Assembly: GCA_019650635.1 (NCBI GenBank)
Contig: BOXE01000001.1
Span: 1,196-65,195, forward strand
DNA: 64,000 nucleotides
Reading direction: 5' to 3'
Origin: Alphaproteobacteria bacterium
GTDB taxonomy: Bacteria; Pseudomonadota; Alphaproteobacteria; Methylaequorales; Methylaequoraceae
Part shown: one piece after another, positions 1-11,842 of the stretch
Numbering within the stretch: the stretch's first letter is position 1
Layout: each line of letters starts with the position of its first letter
The notes under the pieces: generated by a model
Database searches by the model: none
Seen by the model: only the letters and a program-made list of their open reading frames with translations
Told to the model about the DNA's origin: nothing
Made by a program: the position numbers and the translations under genes

Positions 1-623
1 AAAATTTATATATTCTTCTTCCTTCTAAAAGCCCTGCCCATGATTCAAAAATCTGAACATAATTTGCTCCATTTTCTATTTGTTTTTTCAAATATTCAAT
101 TGAAAGTTCTGTTATAATCTTTATTATTTCATTCTGCTTCGTTCCTGTTGTCCTTTTTATAAATTTTTTAATTTTACTATGAGTTTGCGAAGTTCCTCCC
201 TCTATCATGTAATTTAAAACAGTAAATGGTCCTCCACAAAAACCTATTAAATTCTTTTTTCCTCTTTTTGAGTTTAGTATTTTAATGGTTTCGAAAATAT
301 TAGAGATCTTGTCTAAACACTTATTTAATGTTCTTGTAATTAAGATCCTTTTTTGAAGTTATACATTTCAAAAAAGGACCATGATTTTTTAAAAATTTTA
401 CCTCTTGTCCAAGAGCATGAGGAATTACAAGAATATCTGAAAAGAGAATAATAAAATCAAGGTCAAATCGCTTTATCGGTTGAAGTGATATTTCTGATGC
501 AAGGTCAGGATCAAAACAAAGTTTCAGAAAATCGGAATTCTTAGACCTAATTTCCATATATTCGGGGAGATATCTGCCTGCTTGTCGCATAAACCAAATC
601 GGGATTTTATTAACAAATTTCAT
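1..623 (-). CDS. hemE: Uroporphyrinogen decarboxylase (frameshifted near 320; runs off window start)
   Basis: [15 protein letters not shown] and ILFSDIL motifs; IGFCGGPFT and QIFESWAG continue in another frame below 320. Confidence 0.95.
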
Positions 624-860
624 CTACTACTTAAGTTTTATTAATTATAAGGTTGTTGTTGTTGTTGTACATATAATTAAGTTGATAAACTTTATTAACA
701 GATTACTAACAGGAAATGAAGTAATAAGTTTGTGGAAAACATGTGATAAAAACGTTTGAAGCTAAGAAGACACATAAGCAAAGAAAGTGGAAAAAAAAAA
801 CATAATAGTGTTTATTATAATGTTAAGAAAGAAATACACATTGTTAACTTGTGGAAAAAA
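624..860. other. Candidate chromosomal replication origin (oriC)
   Basis: Divergent hemE/maf gap; TGTGGAAAA (= TTTTCCACA, fits TTWTNCACA) at 731-739 and 850-858; near-matches at 692-700 and 786-794; AT-rich tract with (GTT)5 at 652-666. Confidence 0.65.
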
Positions 861-1495
861 AAGGACAAAATAGAAAAAAGAAGTGGTTGGACAAGAAAAA
901 ACAGGAGAAATACACAAAACTTTCAAAAGTTATCCTCGCATCTTCAAGTGAAGTTAGAAAAAAAATGTTGAATAAATACTTTTCTACAGTTATTAATGTT
1001 CCACATAAAGCAGATGAGGAAAAATACAAAAAACAGAAAAAAAACCCAGAAGAAATAGTTCTTAGAATAGCAAAAGAAAAGGCTTTGTCCGTTTTAGAAA
1101 ACTATCCCAATGAAATTATTATTGCTTCAGACCAAATTTTGGTATGTGAAAACAAAGTGCTTAGTAAGCCAAAAAGTCTTGAAGAGGCAACGAAAAAATT
1201 ATTATTTTTAAGAAATAAAACTCATAAATTGTATAGTTCTATATATGTAATTCAAAAAGGAAAATTTTATTTTCAACAGGTTAAAGAGGCATCATTATTT
1301 TTTGCAAATATTTCTCAAAATGATATAGAATTATATGTAAAAAATAACAAGAAAACTGTCCTCACAACAGTTGGATCATATAAAATTGAAGAGAATTCAA
1401 AGTATAAGTTTTTAAGTATAATTGATGGAGATCTAGAAACGATCTTAGGGTTCCCAATAAAAGATTTAATAAAAAAGATCAAACATGAAAAGTAA
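851..1495 (+). CDS. maf: Maf family nucleoside triphosphate pyrophosphatase (true start may be downstream)
   Basis: ILASSSEVR, IIASDQ and KPKS motifs; hemE-maf-aroE-coaE synteny. Confidence 0.9.
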   Translation: MEKKGQNRKKKWLDKKKQEKYTKLSKVILASSSEVRKKMLNKYFSTVINVPHKADEEKYKKQKKNPEEIVLRIAKEKALSVLENYPNEIIIASDQILVCENKVLSKPKSLEEATKKLLFLRNKTHKLYSSIYVIQKGKFYFQQVKEASLFFANISQNDIELYVKNNKKTVLTTVGSYKIEENSKYKFLSIIDGDLETILGFPIKDLIKKIKHEK

Positions 1496-2326
1496 ATTAT
1501 TTGTTATAGGCAAACCGATTAAACATTCAAGATCACCAACAATACACAATTTTTGGATTGAAAAATATTCGCTAAATGCAAGTTACAACAAGCTAGAAGT
1601 AGATAAGACAGAAATAAAGGATTTAATACAACAGGTAAGAGATGGTAAAATTCAAGGTTTTAATGTCACAATCCCATATAAAAAAATAATGACAGATTTT
1701 GTAGATGAAGTCGAAGAATCTGCCTTACGAAGCAATGCAATAAACACAATTTACATGGTTAAAGACAAGATAATTGGAGCAAATACAGATGGGATTGGAT
1801 TCATATCATCTCTAAAGAAAGATTTAAGTTTTAATATTAATTCAAATACCAATGTAATGTGTATAGGAGCCGGAGGAGCTGCCTACGGAATTGTTTCAAG
1901 TTTAATAGACTTAAGTCCAAATACTATAAGAATTATTAATAGGACAAAATCTTCAGGCATAAAGTTAATTAAACACTTTGAAAAATTTACTCAATCAAAA
2001 AAAATTTTCGAAACCACACTTTCTTGATTCCAAGCCTCATTAATGACGTCGATTTACTTGTAAATTGTACATCATGCGGGATGAATGGAAAGAACCCACT
2101 TGCTATCGAGCTTTCTTCAATGAATAAAAAATCATTAGTTTATGACATAGTTTATGAACCTGCCCTTACTCCTCTTATGAAATTGGCAGTGGATAATAAA
2201 CTAAAAAATACAAATGGATTTTACATGCTTGCTCGGCAAGCTGCAGAATCATTTTATAGGTGGTTTGGAATAATGCCAGAAGATTCACACATCAATGAAA
2301 TTATTAAAATACTAAAAAATGATTAA
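1485..2326 (+). CDS. aroE: Shikimate dehydrogenase (split at ~2025)
   Basis: HSRSPTIHN, NVTIPYK, NTDGIGF, GAGGAA; C-terminal DIVYEP and MLARQA in second ORF. Confidence 0.95.
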
Positions 2327-2936
2327 AATTGCAATTACTGGAAATATCGGAAGTGGCAAATCAACAATTACGAAAATTATTAGAGAACTAGGATTTAAAG
2401 TTTTTGATTCAGATAAAGAGGTCAAAAAGGCGATGACGAAAAAGGATTTAATTAATCAAATAAGTAAAGAGTTCAAATCAAAAATTCCAGGTCTTATTAA
2501 AAGAAATACAATTGACAAAGCTAAACTTGGAGAATTTGTATTTTCTAACCCAGATGAATTAAAAAAATTAGAGCAAATAGTGCACCCAAAAGTTTGGGAA
2601 AGCAAAGAAAAGTTTTTTGAGAAAAACTGTAATGAGCCAGCTGTCTTTTTAGATATTCCTCTGTTATTTGAAAAAAAACTACAAAGTAAATTTGACTTTA
2701 TTATACGAACCCGTGTCTCAGAGGAGGTTCAAAAGAAAAGAGTATTAAAAAGAAAAAATATGACTAATGCAAAGTTTAATCACATAAGAAAAACACAAAT
2801 CGATTATTCAGGTGATGAGGAAAAATGTATCTCTTTGGATATCAATACGGAAGAAGATATTAAAATAGTAAAAAAAAAAGTTAAGAATTTCTTGGAGAAA
2901 ATTTTGAACTTAAAAAAAGAATTAGATTTAACATAA
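2319..2936 (+). CDS. coaE: Dephospho-CoA kinase
   Basis: ITGNIGSGKST P-loop, LEQIVHP, DIPLLFE. Confidence 0.95.
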   Translation: MIKIAITGNIGSGKSTITKIIRELGFKVFDSDKEVKKAMTKKDLINQISKEFKSKIPGLIKRNTIDKAKLGEFVFSNPDELKKLEQIVHPKVWESKEKFFEKNCNEPAVFLDIPLLFEKKLQSKFDFIIRTRVSEEVQKKRVLKRKNMTNAKFNHIRKTQIDYSGDEEKCISLDINTEEDIKIVKKKVKNFLEKILNLKKELDLT

Positions 2937-3912
2937 ATGTGGATGAAGACGACCACTTCCCACTGATAAATTCTTGCTTTGAAATCAATAGTTTTTTTAT
3001 GACAAACTTTAATTCACTTATTGAAAACATCTTAAGCTGCTGTTTAAACTCTGGTAAATTTTTAAAGAAAATAGGAGGTCTTAGTTGTTTTATAGCACTG
3101 CTAACGTCAATACCTTCGCAAATTTTAATCTTGATGACAAGCAACCTAAAAAAATGCTCAAGAAGGTAAGTTATTAATCTCATATTATCAGAGCCATAGT
3201 CTGTAAATTTATTAAAATTCTTTACAAATTCCTTTTTCTCCTTAGATGCAATTGAAAAAATAAACCTTGTATCGTCGTTGTTAAGTGAATCTGATATAAA
3301 AGAAAAAGTGTTGTGCATGAATTTTTTTTCTGGTTCAGTCTTGTGCAGTATAATTATTTTCTCAAGCTCACTTTTAATTTCCAGCCTTTGATTTGATAGA
3401 TTGTTTGTTAATAAATTTATTAGAGACTCTGAAACTTTTAACCCTTCATTTTGCAAAACATTATTAATATATGTTTTTTTTTCACTTTCACTCTCTTCGT
3501 AACAAGCAACTGAAATAGAATAATTGTTTTTTTCAAAAAAAGACCTTAACGGAGACCGGGGGCTCAGTTGATGACATTTTAAGACAACAATTAAATCCTT
3601 ATTCGTTTCTTTTGAAATAATTGAGATTATTTCTTTACTAATTTTCTCACTGTTAAGATGAAAGCACAAAAAAGTTTTTGAACCAAAAATATTTGGTGTT
3701 GAGCTTTCAACAAAGATTCTCGATAGATCTTCTTTTTTAATTTCATCTGAGAAGAAGTTTATCACTTCATAGTCTTGCTTAACATTTTTAAAACTTTTAG
3801 TTAGATTGGCACAATCACAAACTTTTCCGTAATTTGGGCCATAAAATAGAAAAAACCGAAATGAACGATAGTTTTCTGGTTTTTTTTCAAAATCTTCAAA
3901 CTTTACAATCAT
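2881..3912 (-). CDS. holA: DNA polymerase III delta subunit
   Basis: FLFYGPN, LRSFFEK, ACY, ELEK, RPPIFFK; follows leuS-lptE. Confidence 0.85.
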   Translation of the reverse strand: MIVKFEDFEKKPENYRSFRFFLFYGPNYGKVCDCANLTKSFKNVKQDYEVINFFSDEIKKEDLSRIFVESSTPNIFGSKTFLCFHLNSEKISKEIISIISKETNKDLIVVLKCHQLSPRSPLRSFFEKNNYSISVACYEESESEKKTYINNVLQNEGLKVSESLINLLTNNLSNQRLEIKSELEKIIILHKTEPEKKFMHNTFSFISDSLNNDDTRFIFSIASKEKKEFVKNFNKFTDYGSDNMRLITYLLEHFFRLLVIKIKICEGIDVSSAIKQLRPPIFFKNLPEFKQQLKMFSISELKFVIKKLLISKQEFISGKWSSSSTFMLNLILFLSSKFSPRNS

Positions 3913-4406
3913 GGACTAATTTTTCTCTTAGTGGACAAAGCGAGAATTAAATCAGCAAGATCAGTAGATAAGGATCTTACTAATTTTTTTGAAGTATCCT
4001 CAATAGAAACTATATTTGCATAATTGTTATTTGTATAGTTAAAACTTCCCGTATTTCTTAAACTCCCTGAGGTCAATTCTCCTTTTTTATCAAAAAAAAC
4101 ATATTTAGCCTCAATTACAAGCATAAGTGCATCAGAAGTTAAATCTTTATTTATCCCCATACCAGAGACAACCCGGTCAATTGAAACAACTAACTTTAAA
4201 TTAGAGACTTTAGAACTCTTTGAATTAAGCTTTTCATCTAGAAGTAATTTCATTGTGGATGCATTGTTCTCATATTTTTCTTTTGATTTAATTACTATTT
4301 TGACCTTGTGGGGATAATATAAATTTGTCCTTTTGTACAAAGGCTTATATGCACAAGAACTTAAAAAATAAACAACAAAAATTGTAAAAAGTATTTTAAT
4401 TTTCAT
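3909..4406 (-). CDS. lptE: LPS assembly lipoprotein LptE
   Basis: Lipobox LSSC followed by YKPLY; located between leuS and holA. Confidence 0.75.
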   Translation of the reverse strand: MKIKILFTIFVVYFLSSCAYKPLYKRTNLYYPHKVKIVIKSKEKYENNASTMKLLLDEKLNSKSSKVSNLKLVVSIDRVVSGMGINKDLTSDALMLVIEAKYVFFDKKGELTSGSLRNTGSFNYTNNNYANIVSIEDTSKKLVRSLSTDLADLILALSTKRKISP

Positions 4407-6929
4407 ATAACAAAATTAATTATTTTATTAGGCACAAATATTATTTTCTTTGCCTTCTTAATATTTATACTGTAATTACTTTGGCTTCCAACTATTGTTT
4501 CAATTAATCTATCTTTTTTTATATTTTCATGGACTTTTATAATACCCTTTTTTTTCCCGTTTATTTGGACAACTATTATTACCTTGTTATTTGAAGATTT
4601 ACTTAAATCCGCTTGAGGCCACTCTATATTTTCAATTATCTGATCTGATCCAGATTTATAAACCAACTCCTGAGAAAAGTGTGGTGTTATGATATAGATT
4701 AATCTTAAATAAATCGACCAACAATAATTAAATATTTCCCCTTCCAATTTTTCTTTAATAAGAAGATTTGATAATTCACGTAATTTTGCGACGGCTGTAT
4801 TGAATCTGTAGTTTTTTACATCCTCTGAAAAAGTATAAATTGTTTTATTAGTAAATTCATATGCTCTTTTTTCTTCATCTAACATATCTTTGTCTTTAGG
4901 AAAGGTAACTGTAAAGTTAAATTTTGACGATAGTAGATCATAAATTTTTTCTAGGTATTTATTCATTGCTTTGATACCGTCTATAGACCACTCTAAGTCT
5001 CTTTCTGGAGGAGAGTCTGATATCATAAAAAGACGTGCAGTATCTGCACCATATGTAAACACAATTGAATCAGGATCTACAATGTTCTTTTTAGATTTGC
5101 TCATTTTTTCTGATCTTCCCTTTATAACTTCTATTGTTTTACTGCCTTGATTAGTCCAATATGTTCCTTTTTCTTTTATAACGTTTTTGGGTTCTATCCA
5201 TTTGTTATCTTTTGTTCTGAAAGTTTCATGACAGACCATGCCTTGTGTTATAAGTTTTTTGAAAGGCTCTTTAGGAAGTTGCTTTCCACAGACTTTAAAC
5301 GCTCTAACAAAAAATCTAGAATAAAGTAAATGCAAAATTGCATGTTCCACTCCACCGATATAATGATCAACTGGCATCCAATAAGAAATGTCTTCATCCT
5401 TAAAAGGTTCACTTGATGATATTGGCGAACAGAATCTTAAAAAATACCATGACGAATCAAAAAATGTATCGAGAGTATCTGTTTCTCTAATTGCATCCAT
5501 TCCAGTTTTTGAACATTTAGTTTGTTTCCAGTATGGGTGATTTTCAAGAGGGTTTCCTGTTGACGTTAATTTAATATCATTTGGCAGCCTAATTGGTAAT
5601 TCACTGTCCTCTACAGCCAGGATTTCTCCATCTTTTCTGTAAATTATAGGAATAGGACATCCCCAATATCTCTGTCGTGATACACCCCAATCTTTTAATC
5701 TGAACTTTACACATTTTCTTCCAATTTTTAATTTCTCAATTTTTTCAACAATCGTTTCTTTCGCGTTTTTTATATTTTTTTCATTAAGGAATTCAGAATT
5801 TATTAATATATCTGTCTCATTTTTTTCACAATAAGGAAGTTCTTTTTCTTTGCCTTTTATTATGCATTTTACAGGAATGTTATATTCTTTTGCAAAATGA
5901 TAATCTCTTTCGTCATGAGCTGGACAGCCAAAAATTGCACCATTTCCGTAATTAATCAATACATAATTAGAAAAAAATATTGGAATTTTTTCGTTTTTAA
6001 TAAAAGGATGTTCAGCAAAAAGAGATGTGTGAAATCCAATTTTTTCTTGGACAGAATCCTTTGTTTCCTGCATTTTTAAACACTTGTTTCTAAATTCTAA
6101 AAATTTTTCATCATCTAAAAATTGTGACGAAAGCGGATGCTCAACTGATAATGCAATAAAACTTGCTCCAAAGATTGTTTCAGGTCTTGTTGTAAAAATA
6201 TCAATCGATAATTTTGATTGGGATATTTTGAATTTTATTTCAGCTCCTTCAGACATTCCGATCCAATTTTTTTGCATTAATTTGACTTTTTCTGGCCAAT
6301 TTTCTAATTGATTTAAATCACCTAAAAGTTCCTCTGAAAATCTAGAAATATTTAGAAACCATTGAGACAGTTTCTTTTTCTCAACGATCGCTCCAGATCG
6401 CCAACCTTTGCCATCAATAACTTGTTCATTTGCTAATACAGTTTTATCGACCGGATCCCAATTAACAAAACTGTCCTTTTTATAAACAAGTCCATTTTTG
6501 AAAAATTCTATAAAAATCTTTTGTTGATGTTTGTAATAACTTGCGTCACATGTTGATATTTCACGTTCCCAATCAATGGATAGTCCAATCTTCATTAATT
6601 GTGATTTCATGCTCTTAATGTTGTTTTCAGTCCAATCTTTGGGATTAACACTATTCTCTATGGCAGCATTTTCCGCTGGCATACCAAAACTATCCCAACC
6701 CATAGGATGCAAAACATTAAAACCATTAAGTTTGTAGAATCTTGCAGTAACGTCACCTATTGTATAATTTCTTAAATGTCCCATGTGAATTTTTCCAGAA
6801 GGATAAGGAAACATTTCCAGCACATAAAATTTTTTTTTAGTTTTATCTGCCTTGGATTTATATATCCGTTTTTCCGCCCAATAGTTTTTGCCACTTTTTT
6901 TCAATGATTTCTGGATTATATTTTTTCAT
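4403..6929 (-). CDS. leuS: Leucyl-tRNA synthetase (N-terminal frameshift near 6895)
   Basis: MFPYPSG, HMGH, KMSKS; probable true start [10 protein letters not shown] at 6929. Confidence 0.97.
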
Positions 6930-7507
6930 TATTGTCAAAACAACTTATTGCCCCAAAACCGTATAAATTTTTATTCTTCATAGACTTAATGTTTTTGTAA
7001 TTTACCCCTCCTAGTGCAAAAATTACCTCTTCTTTAAAAAAAAAACAAAGAGAAATAAAAATATAGTTGCTCAACGGCTTTTTCTCAGGATATGAATCAG
7101 TTTTTAGCACTGGTGAGAGAAATATTAAATCAATGAAACCTTTCGCCAAAAAAGCTTCTTTAACATTATGTACCTTTGCTACAGTAAAATAATTTTTGTG
7201 TTTGTTTTTTGTTGAATGAAATTTTTTTGATTTTTTACTTATTTCAATCATCATTCCGAATGCGTGATACTTACTACACCAAAATTTCGAGAAAGGAATA
7301 ACGAATTTAATTTTTTTTTTTCTACAAAACTTTATACATGGTTCAATTTTTTTTAGAAAATTGTAAACGTTTAAATTTTTATTAAAGAATATTACACCTA
7401 CGTTTTTTGATAAATGAATTAAGTTTTTTACTATCTGATAAATTTTCGGGGTTGAAAAAAAACCATTCTTTAGGAATTGTGGAATTTTTTTTATTTTGGT
7501 AATACAT
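6916..7507 (-). CDS. Thiamine-phosphate synthase/TenI-like TIM barrel protein (frameshifted)
   Basis: VHN, IFLSPV, FALGGVN motifs; 5' part lies in other frames up to ~7507. Confidence 0.65.
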
Positions 7508-7511
7508 ACTC

Positions 7512-8190
7512 ATGAATAAAATATTATCAAATTATAATGAAATTTTAAAACAAATACGTTTTTGCCAAAGAAATCTAGATGGAAAATATTGTGAAACCAA
7601 GTTAATTGCTGTGTCTAAGCAATTTCCAAAAGAGACAATTCAAATTTTAGTTAATAAAGGTCACAAAATTTTTGGAGAAAATAAAGTTCAAGAAGCTCAA
7701 TCAAAATGGATTGATATTAAGAGAGAAAATCCTGAAAAAAAAATTGAGTTACATCTTATAGGCCCTCTTCAATCAAACAAAGCTAATCTAGCTTTAGATA
7801 TCTTTGATGTAATTCAGACTGTTGATAGAGAGAAAATAGCTTTGAAATTGAATAAATATTTAGAGGAGAAAGTCTGATACAAAAAAAAAAAAATTTTTTA
7901 TTCAAGTTAACATTGGAGATGAAAAACAAAAAAGTGGAATAGAACAAAATTTAGCTCAACAGTTTTTTAAATGGTGTTCAAATGATCTTAAACTCAACAT
8001 CATGGGATTGATGTGTATTCCTCCATTTGGAGAACCACCTGAACCCTTTTTTAAAAGGCTTAGAAATTTATGCGATCAACTAAATCTTAAGCATGCTAGC
8101 ATGGGAATGTCCAATGATTTTGAATCTGCAATTAAACATGGAGCCACTTTCATAAGAGTTGGAACTGGAATATTTGGTAAGAGAAATTAA
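7512..8190 (+). CDS. yggS: PLP homeostasis protein YggS (split at ~7875)
   Basis: LIAVSK, FGENKVQE, LHLIGPLQSNK, GLMCIPP, SMGMSND, RVGTGIFG. Confidence 0.95.
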
Positions 8191-8696
8191 AGAATTATTA
8201 ATTTTGAATAAGTTTTAATTGAATTAAGAAGTTTCAAAAGTATTTCCTTTTCTAGTGCAATGCAACCATCGGTATGGTCTTTGGAGATATCGCTGCAGTG
8301 CAAAAAAATTGCACTACCCTTAAATTTTTTTATGTTACCTAAATTGTAATTAAATGTAATGAATATGTCATAAAGGTCATCGTCTCTGTAAAGGTCTTCG
8401 CATACGTAATTTTTTTTTGTCTGAAAACTATTATAAAATTTACTTTTTGGATCAACGCACCAAAATGAGCTTTTATTAATCTTTTTTAATGGTAGGCAAG
8501 TTTTTAAATATTTCACCTTATCTGGACGGTAGTAAACTTCAGAAAACTCAAAAGTTCCTATTGGGGTAACTTTATCTCCCTCACGTGTTTTTTTACCAAT
8601 ACCACTTGACCCCACAAAGCATTTGTATTGAATATTATTATGAACTAATAAACCAATATTTATTTTTTTTGTTTTAAAAACTTTTAGATTTGCCAC
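8187..8696 (-). CDS. L,D-transpeptidase (YkuD-like) family protein
   Basis: REGDKVTPIG, GSAIFLH and TDGCIAL catalytic His/Cys; likely GTG start at 8696. Confidence 0.85.
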   Translation of the reverse strand: MANLKVFKTKKINIGLLVHNNIQYKCFVGSSGIGKKTREGDKVTPIGTFEFSEVYYRPDKVKYLKTCLPLKKINKSSFWCVDPKSKFYNSFQTKKNYVCEDLYRDDDLYDIFITFNYNLGNIKKFKGSAIFLHCSDISKDHTDGCIALEKEILLKLLNSIKTYSKLIIL

Positions 8697-8708
8697 TATA
8701 AAAAGAAT

Positions 8709-9421
8709 ATGACAAAAGTTAAGAATCTTATAGCTATTTTTAAAAGAAATTTGCTCTTTTTTGAACTTCAAAAACTTTTAAAAAAGAAGGTTTTAAAATT
8801 AATTTAAAAAAAGATTTCAAATCTCTAAAAAAGTCAAATTTTCAAAATTCAATATTAATATTTGAAATTACTTCAGAAAATGAATTACAAAATATTCTTT
8901 CTCTTTTAAAAAAAAATAAAAATAGTTCAAATTTTATATTTATTATGAATAAAAAAATCAAACCTCCAACAGAAAATTTTAATTTCAAGACTTTGAATCA
9001 ACCTATAATGTTTAATGATTTACTAAGATACATTAAAACTTTAGAAACGACCTTTAGTAAGGAAAAGTTGAATGTAAGATTTGGAAATAAGTTATATGAT
9101 CGTCTTAACTCTAAATTAATAAATGACACAAATGGAGACTTTATAAAACTTACTGATCTTGAAAACAAACTTATAAACTTTATTTTAAATAAAAACGATG
9201 GTTGTACTAAAAATGAAATTCTTAAGAATGTTTGGGAACATAATGCAAAACTAGAAACACACACAATGGAATCTTTAATATACAGGCTAAGAAAAAAAAT
9301 TGAAGATGATCCCAATCAACCAAGAACGTTAATTCAGATTAATAAAAAGTATTATCTAAACCGTGAGTTAGTAATATTTGAAACGGAATCTTTCTTGGAT
9401 CTTCTAATTCATGTTGAATAG
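8709..9421 (+). CDS. OmpR-type winged-helix regulator, CenR-like, with degenerate receiver (frameshift near 8778)
   Basis: LTDLE, VW, THTMESLIYRLRKKIEDDP; next to the L,D-transpeptidase and yggS genes. Confidence 0.75.
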
Positions 9422-9962
9422 TTTTGAAGGCAAGTTTTTATTTAGATGGAGGTTGTCAAAAAATACTTCTGTTTTTGTTTGATCATTTTAAACACAGTCC
9501 ATTTCTTCATTCTAAAGGTTTATCTCAAATAAAATTTCAATAACACCTTTATCTTCAAAATTAGTACTTGAAATCTCAACTAACAATGTATTTTCATTTT
9601 CAACTAATTTTAATATCTTAACTTTTTTCATATCAAGTTTCTTAAAAAGAAGAATACTAAGTGGATTTTCATTTGTACTGTGAAAGTTTATGCTTTTGAG
9701 ATCTTATTTACAGAAGCTAGACGTTTGGAGTCCGAAATTAAAGAAGAGGAATTTGTTCATACTCGATTCTAAACTTACCTGGACGAGACACAAAGATTTT
9801 GCCGGATAATATGTCTCCATTATTATTGATTTGAATAAATTTTGAGCTCATGGAAGAAAAACTCTCTAGATAATTTAGAATTCTATCTCTATTTATATTG
9901 CTAAAAGCTTTGTTATGTATAAATATATATATAAGAATTATTAGAGTTATTTTTTTGAACAT
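9368..9962 (-). CDS. lolA: Outer-membrane lipoprotein carrier LolA (multiple frameshifts; 3' end approximate)
   Basis: Signal peptide, FIQ, G.IFVSRPGKFRIEY; KWTVF continues downstream in another frame. Confidence 0.75.
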
Positions 9963-11842
9963 GAAAGCATCATATACGAAGATATCTAATCTGTGTAATT
10001 TAAGATTATTTTTATTTTAGTGCTCTTTTTCGTGTCGAGCTGTCAAATCAATCAACCCTGTAAGCATTCTTAAAGAGAAACTTTTTCGGAAACTGATGAA
10101 GTAGAAAGAAGAAGAAGAAAGAAGATTTCTAAATCTTTAGATATTAAAAAAAAGAGGTCAAAGAATCTTCAATAAAAGAAAAGTTAGAATCAAAATAACA
10201 AAGAAGTTCAGAAAGATCAAATGTCATTTGAATTAAAGGATGACAAAATAAAGAAAGAAGAAACTTTAGATAAAAAAAAATCAAGAAGAGACTGGAGTTT
10301 TGCGTATTAAAGAAATGGGACAAACTAGAGAAACGGAAAGTAAGATAGTTTCATTTTTTACTAAATTTTTTGATGATGATGATTCAGACGATTCTGGTGG
10401 ATAAGAAATCTCTCAAATAGTTCGACTATTCAAAATATCGAAACGAAAGCAAATTAAAATACCACTAAAGCTGATGAAAACAAATCTCTCTCAACTCAAC
10501 AAAGATAACTCAGAAGATATAAAAAATTCTAGAGTCCTTTGAAAGCGATTCGTTTTCAAACGCTTACATAAACAAAGATTTAAAAGATTCAGAGAGTTCA
10601 GCCGAAGAAATTGAAGATGAAAGTTATTCGGATAATAGAGATGATGATGAAGTAAACGAATCAGAAAAAAAATCTTCTGGTTATGCTTTTTTAAATCTTA
10701 AGAAACCAGAATTTAAAGAAAAAAAAATAGAAAAAGATAATCTAGTAGGCTTGCTACTTCCATTAACTGGCGAAAAAAGTGCAGCAGGTAATTTAGTTAT
10801 TAATTCTTTAAGATACAGTATGCTGCTTCGACCTAATCAATTAAACTTTAAAATTTTCGATACTAAAGGCACACCAAGAGGGGCAGTTAGTGCAGCAGAA
10901 CAAGGGATAACAAATAATGTAAAAACTTTTATAGGTCCCATTTTTTCTGATGAAACAAGAGAGGTAAAAGAACATTTCAAAAATAAAAAGAAATTAACTT
11001 TTTTTAGTCTCTCTCCTGATTTAAATAATGTCTCTGAAAATATTATTGTTTCAGGACAAAATCCTAATGATCAAATATCTTGTATAACAAAACATATAGC
11101 TAGAAACGATAGTAAAGATGTATTACTGATTCATCATGCCGATAAATATGGGTATGTAATCAGAAACAGTTTCTTAAACTACGTAAATGATTTTGGAATG
11201 ATGGGGGTTAATATTGATTTTTTTGAGGTAGAAGCAAATACTAATTTAAATGATAAGATAAAAAAAATAAGTCGATTTAATGAGAGGAAACTGCAATTAG
11301 AAAATGAAATAATGAAAATTAAAAATAACAAAGACTTGGATGAAGAATTTAAAAATAGTGAAATTAAATCTTTAGAAAGGATGTTAACACTCGGATCTCC
11401 TTTTGATTCAATAATTATTGCGTCAGAGGGAGACAGACTACTAGAGATTTTGTCACATTTAGCTTTTTATGACATTAACTCTGAAAATTCTAATATTTAT
11501 GGTACAAGTTTATGGGAGGATACAAATAAAAAGGACAATTTATTCAAAGGGACATATTATGCCTCAAGTTTAAAATATAAGGATGACGAATTTATTCAAA
11601 ACTTCAAAAACGTTTTTTCTAAAGACCCAATGTCATTTAATTATCATATGCATGATCTTTTAGATTTAGTTGAAAGCTATAAGATAATGAGTGAAAAAGA
11701 CAAAAAAAACTCGGTTTTTAGTGGCGAATTTACAAAAAGTAAAATAAAATCAGGTTTTTTGCAAAGAGAAATCTATCTTAAAAGAATTAAAAAGAATAAA
11801 AATACTGAAGAGGTATTTAACTGTCGCTTAAATGTAATTTAA
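9961..11842 (+). CDS. LpoA/LppC-like penicillin-binding protein activator; charged N-terminal region broken by frameshifts (start approximate)
   Basis: GLLLPLTG, DTKGTP, IGPIFS periplasmic-binding fold in 10751-11842; lipobox-like VSSC near 10035. Confidence 0.7.

Noticed and set aside
631-690. CtrA boxes at the putative origin
   Set aside because: TTAA pairs seen have 6-nt rather than 7-nt spacing, and TTAA is common by chance at this AT content
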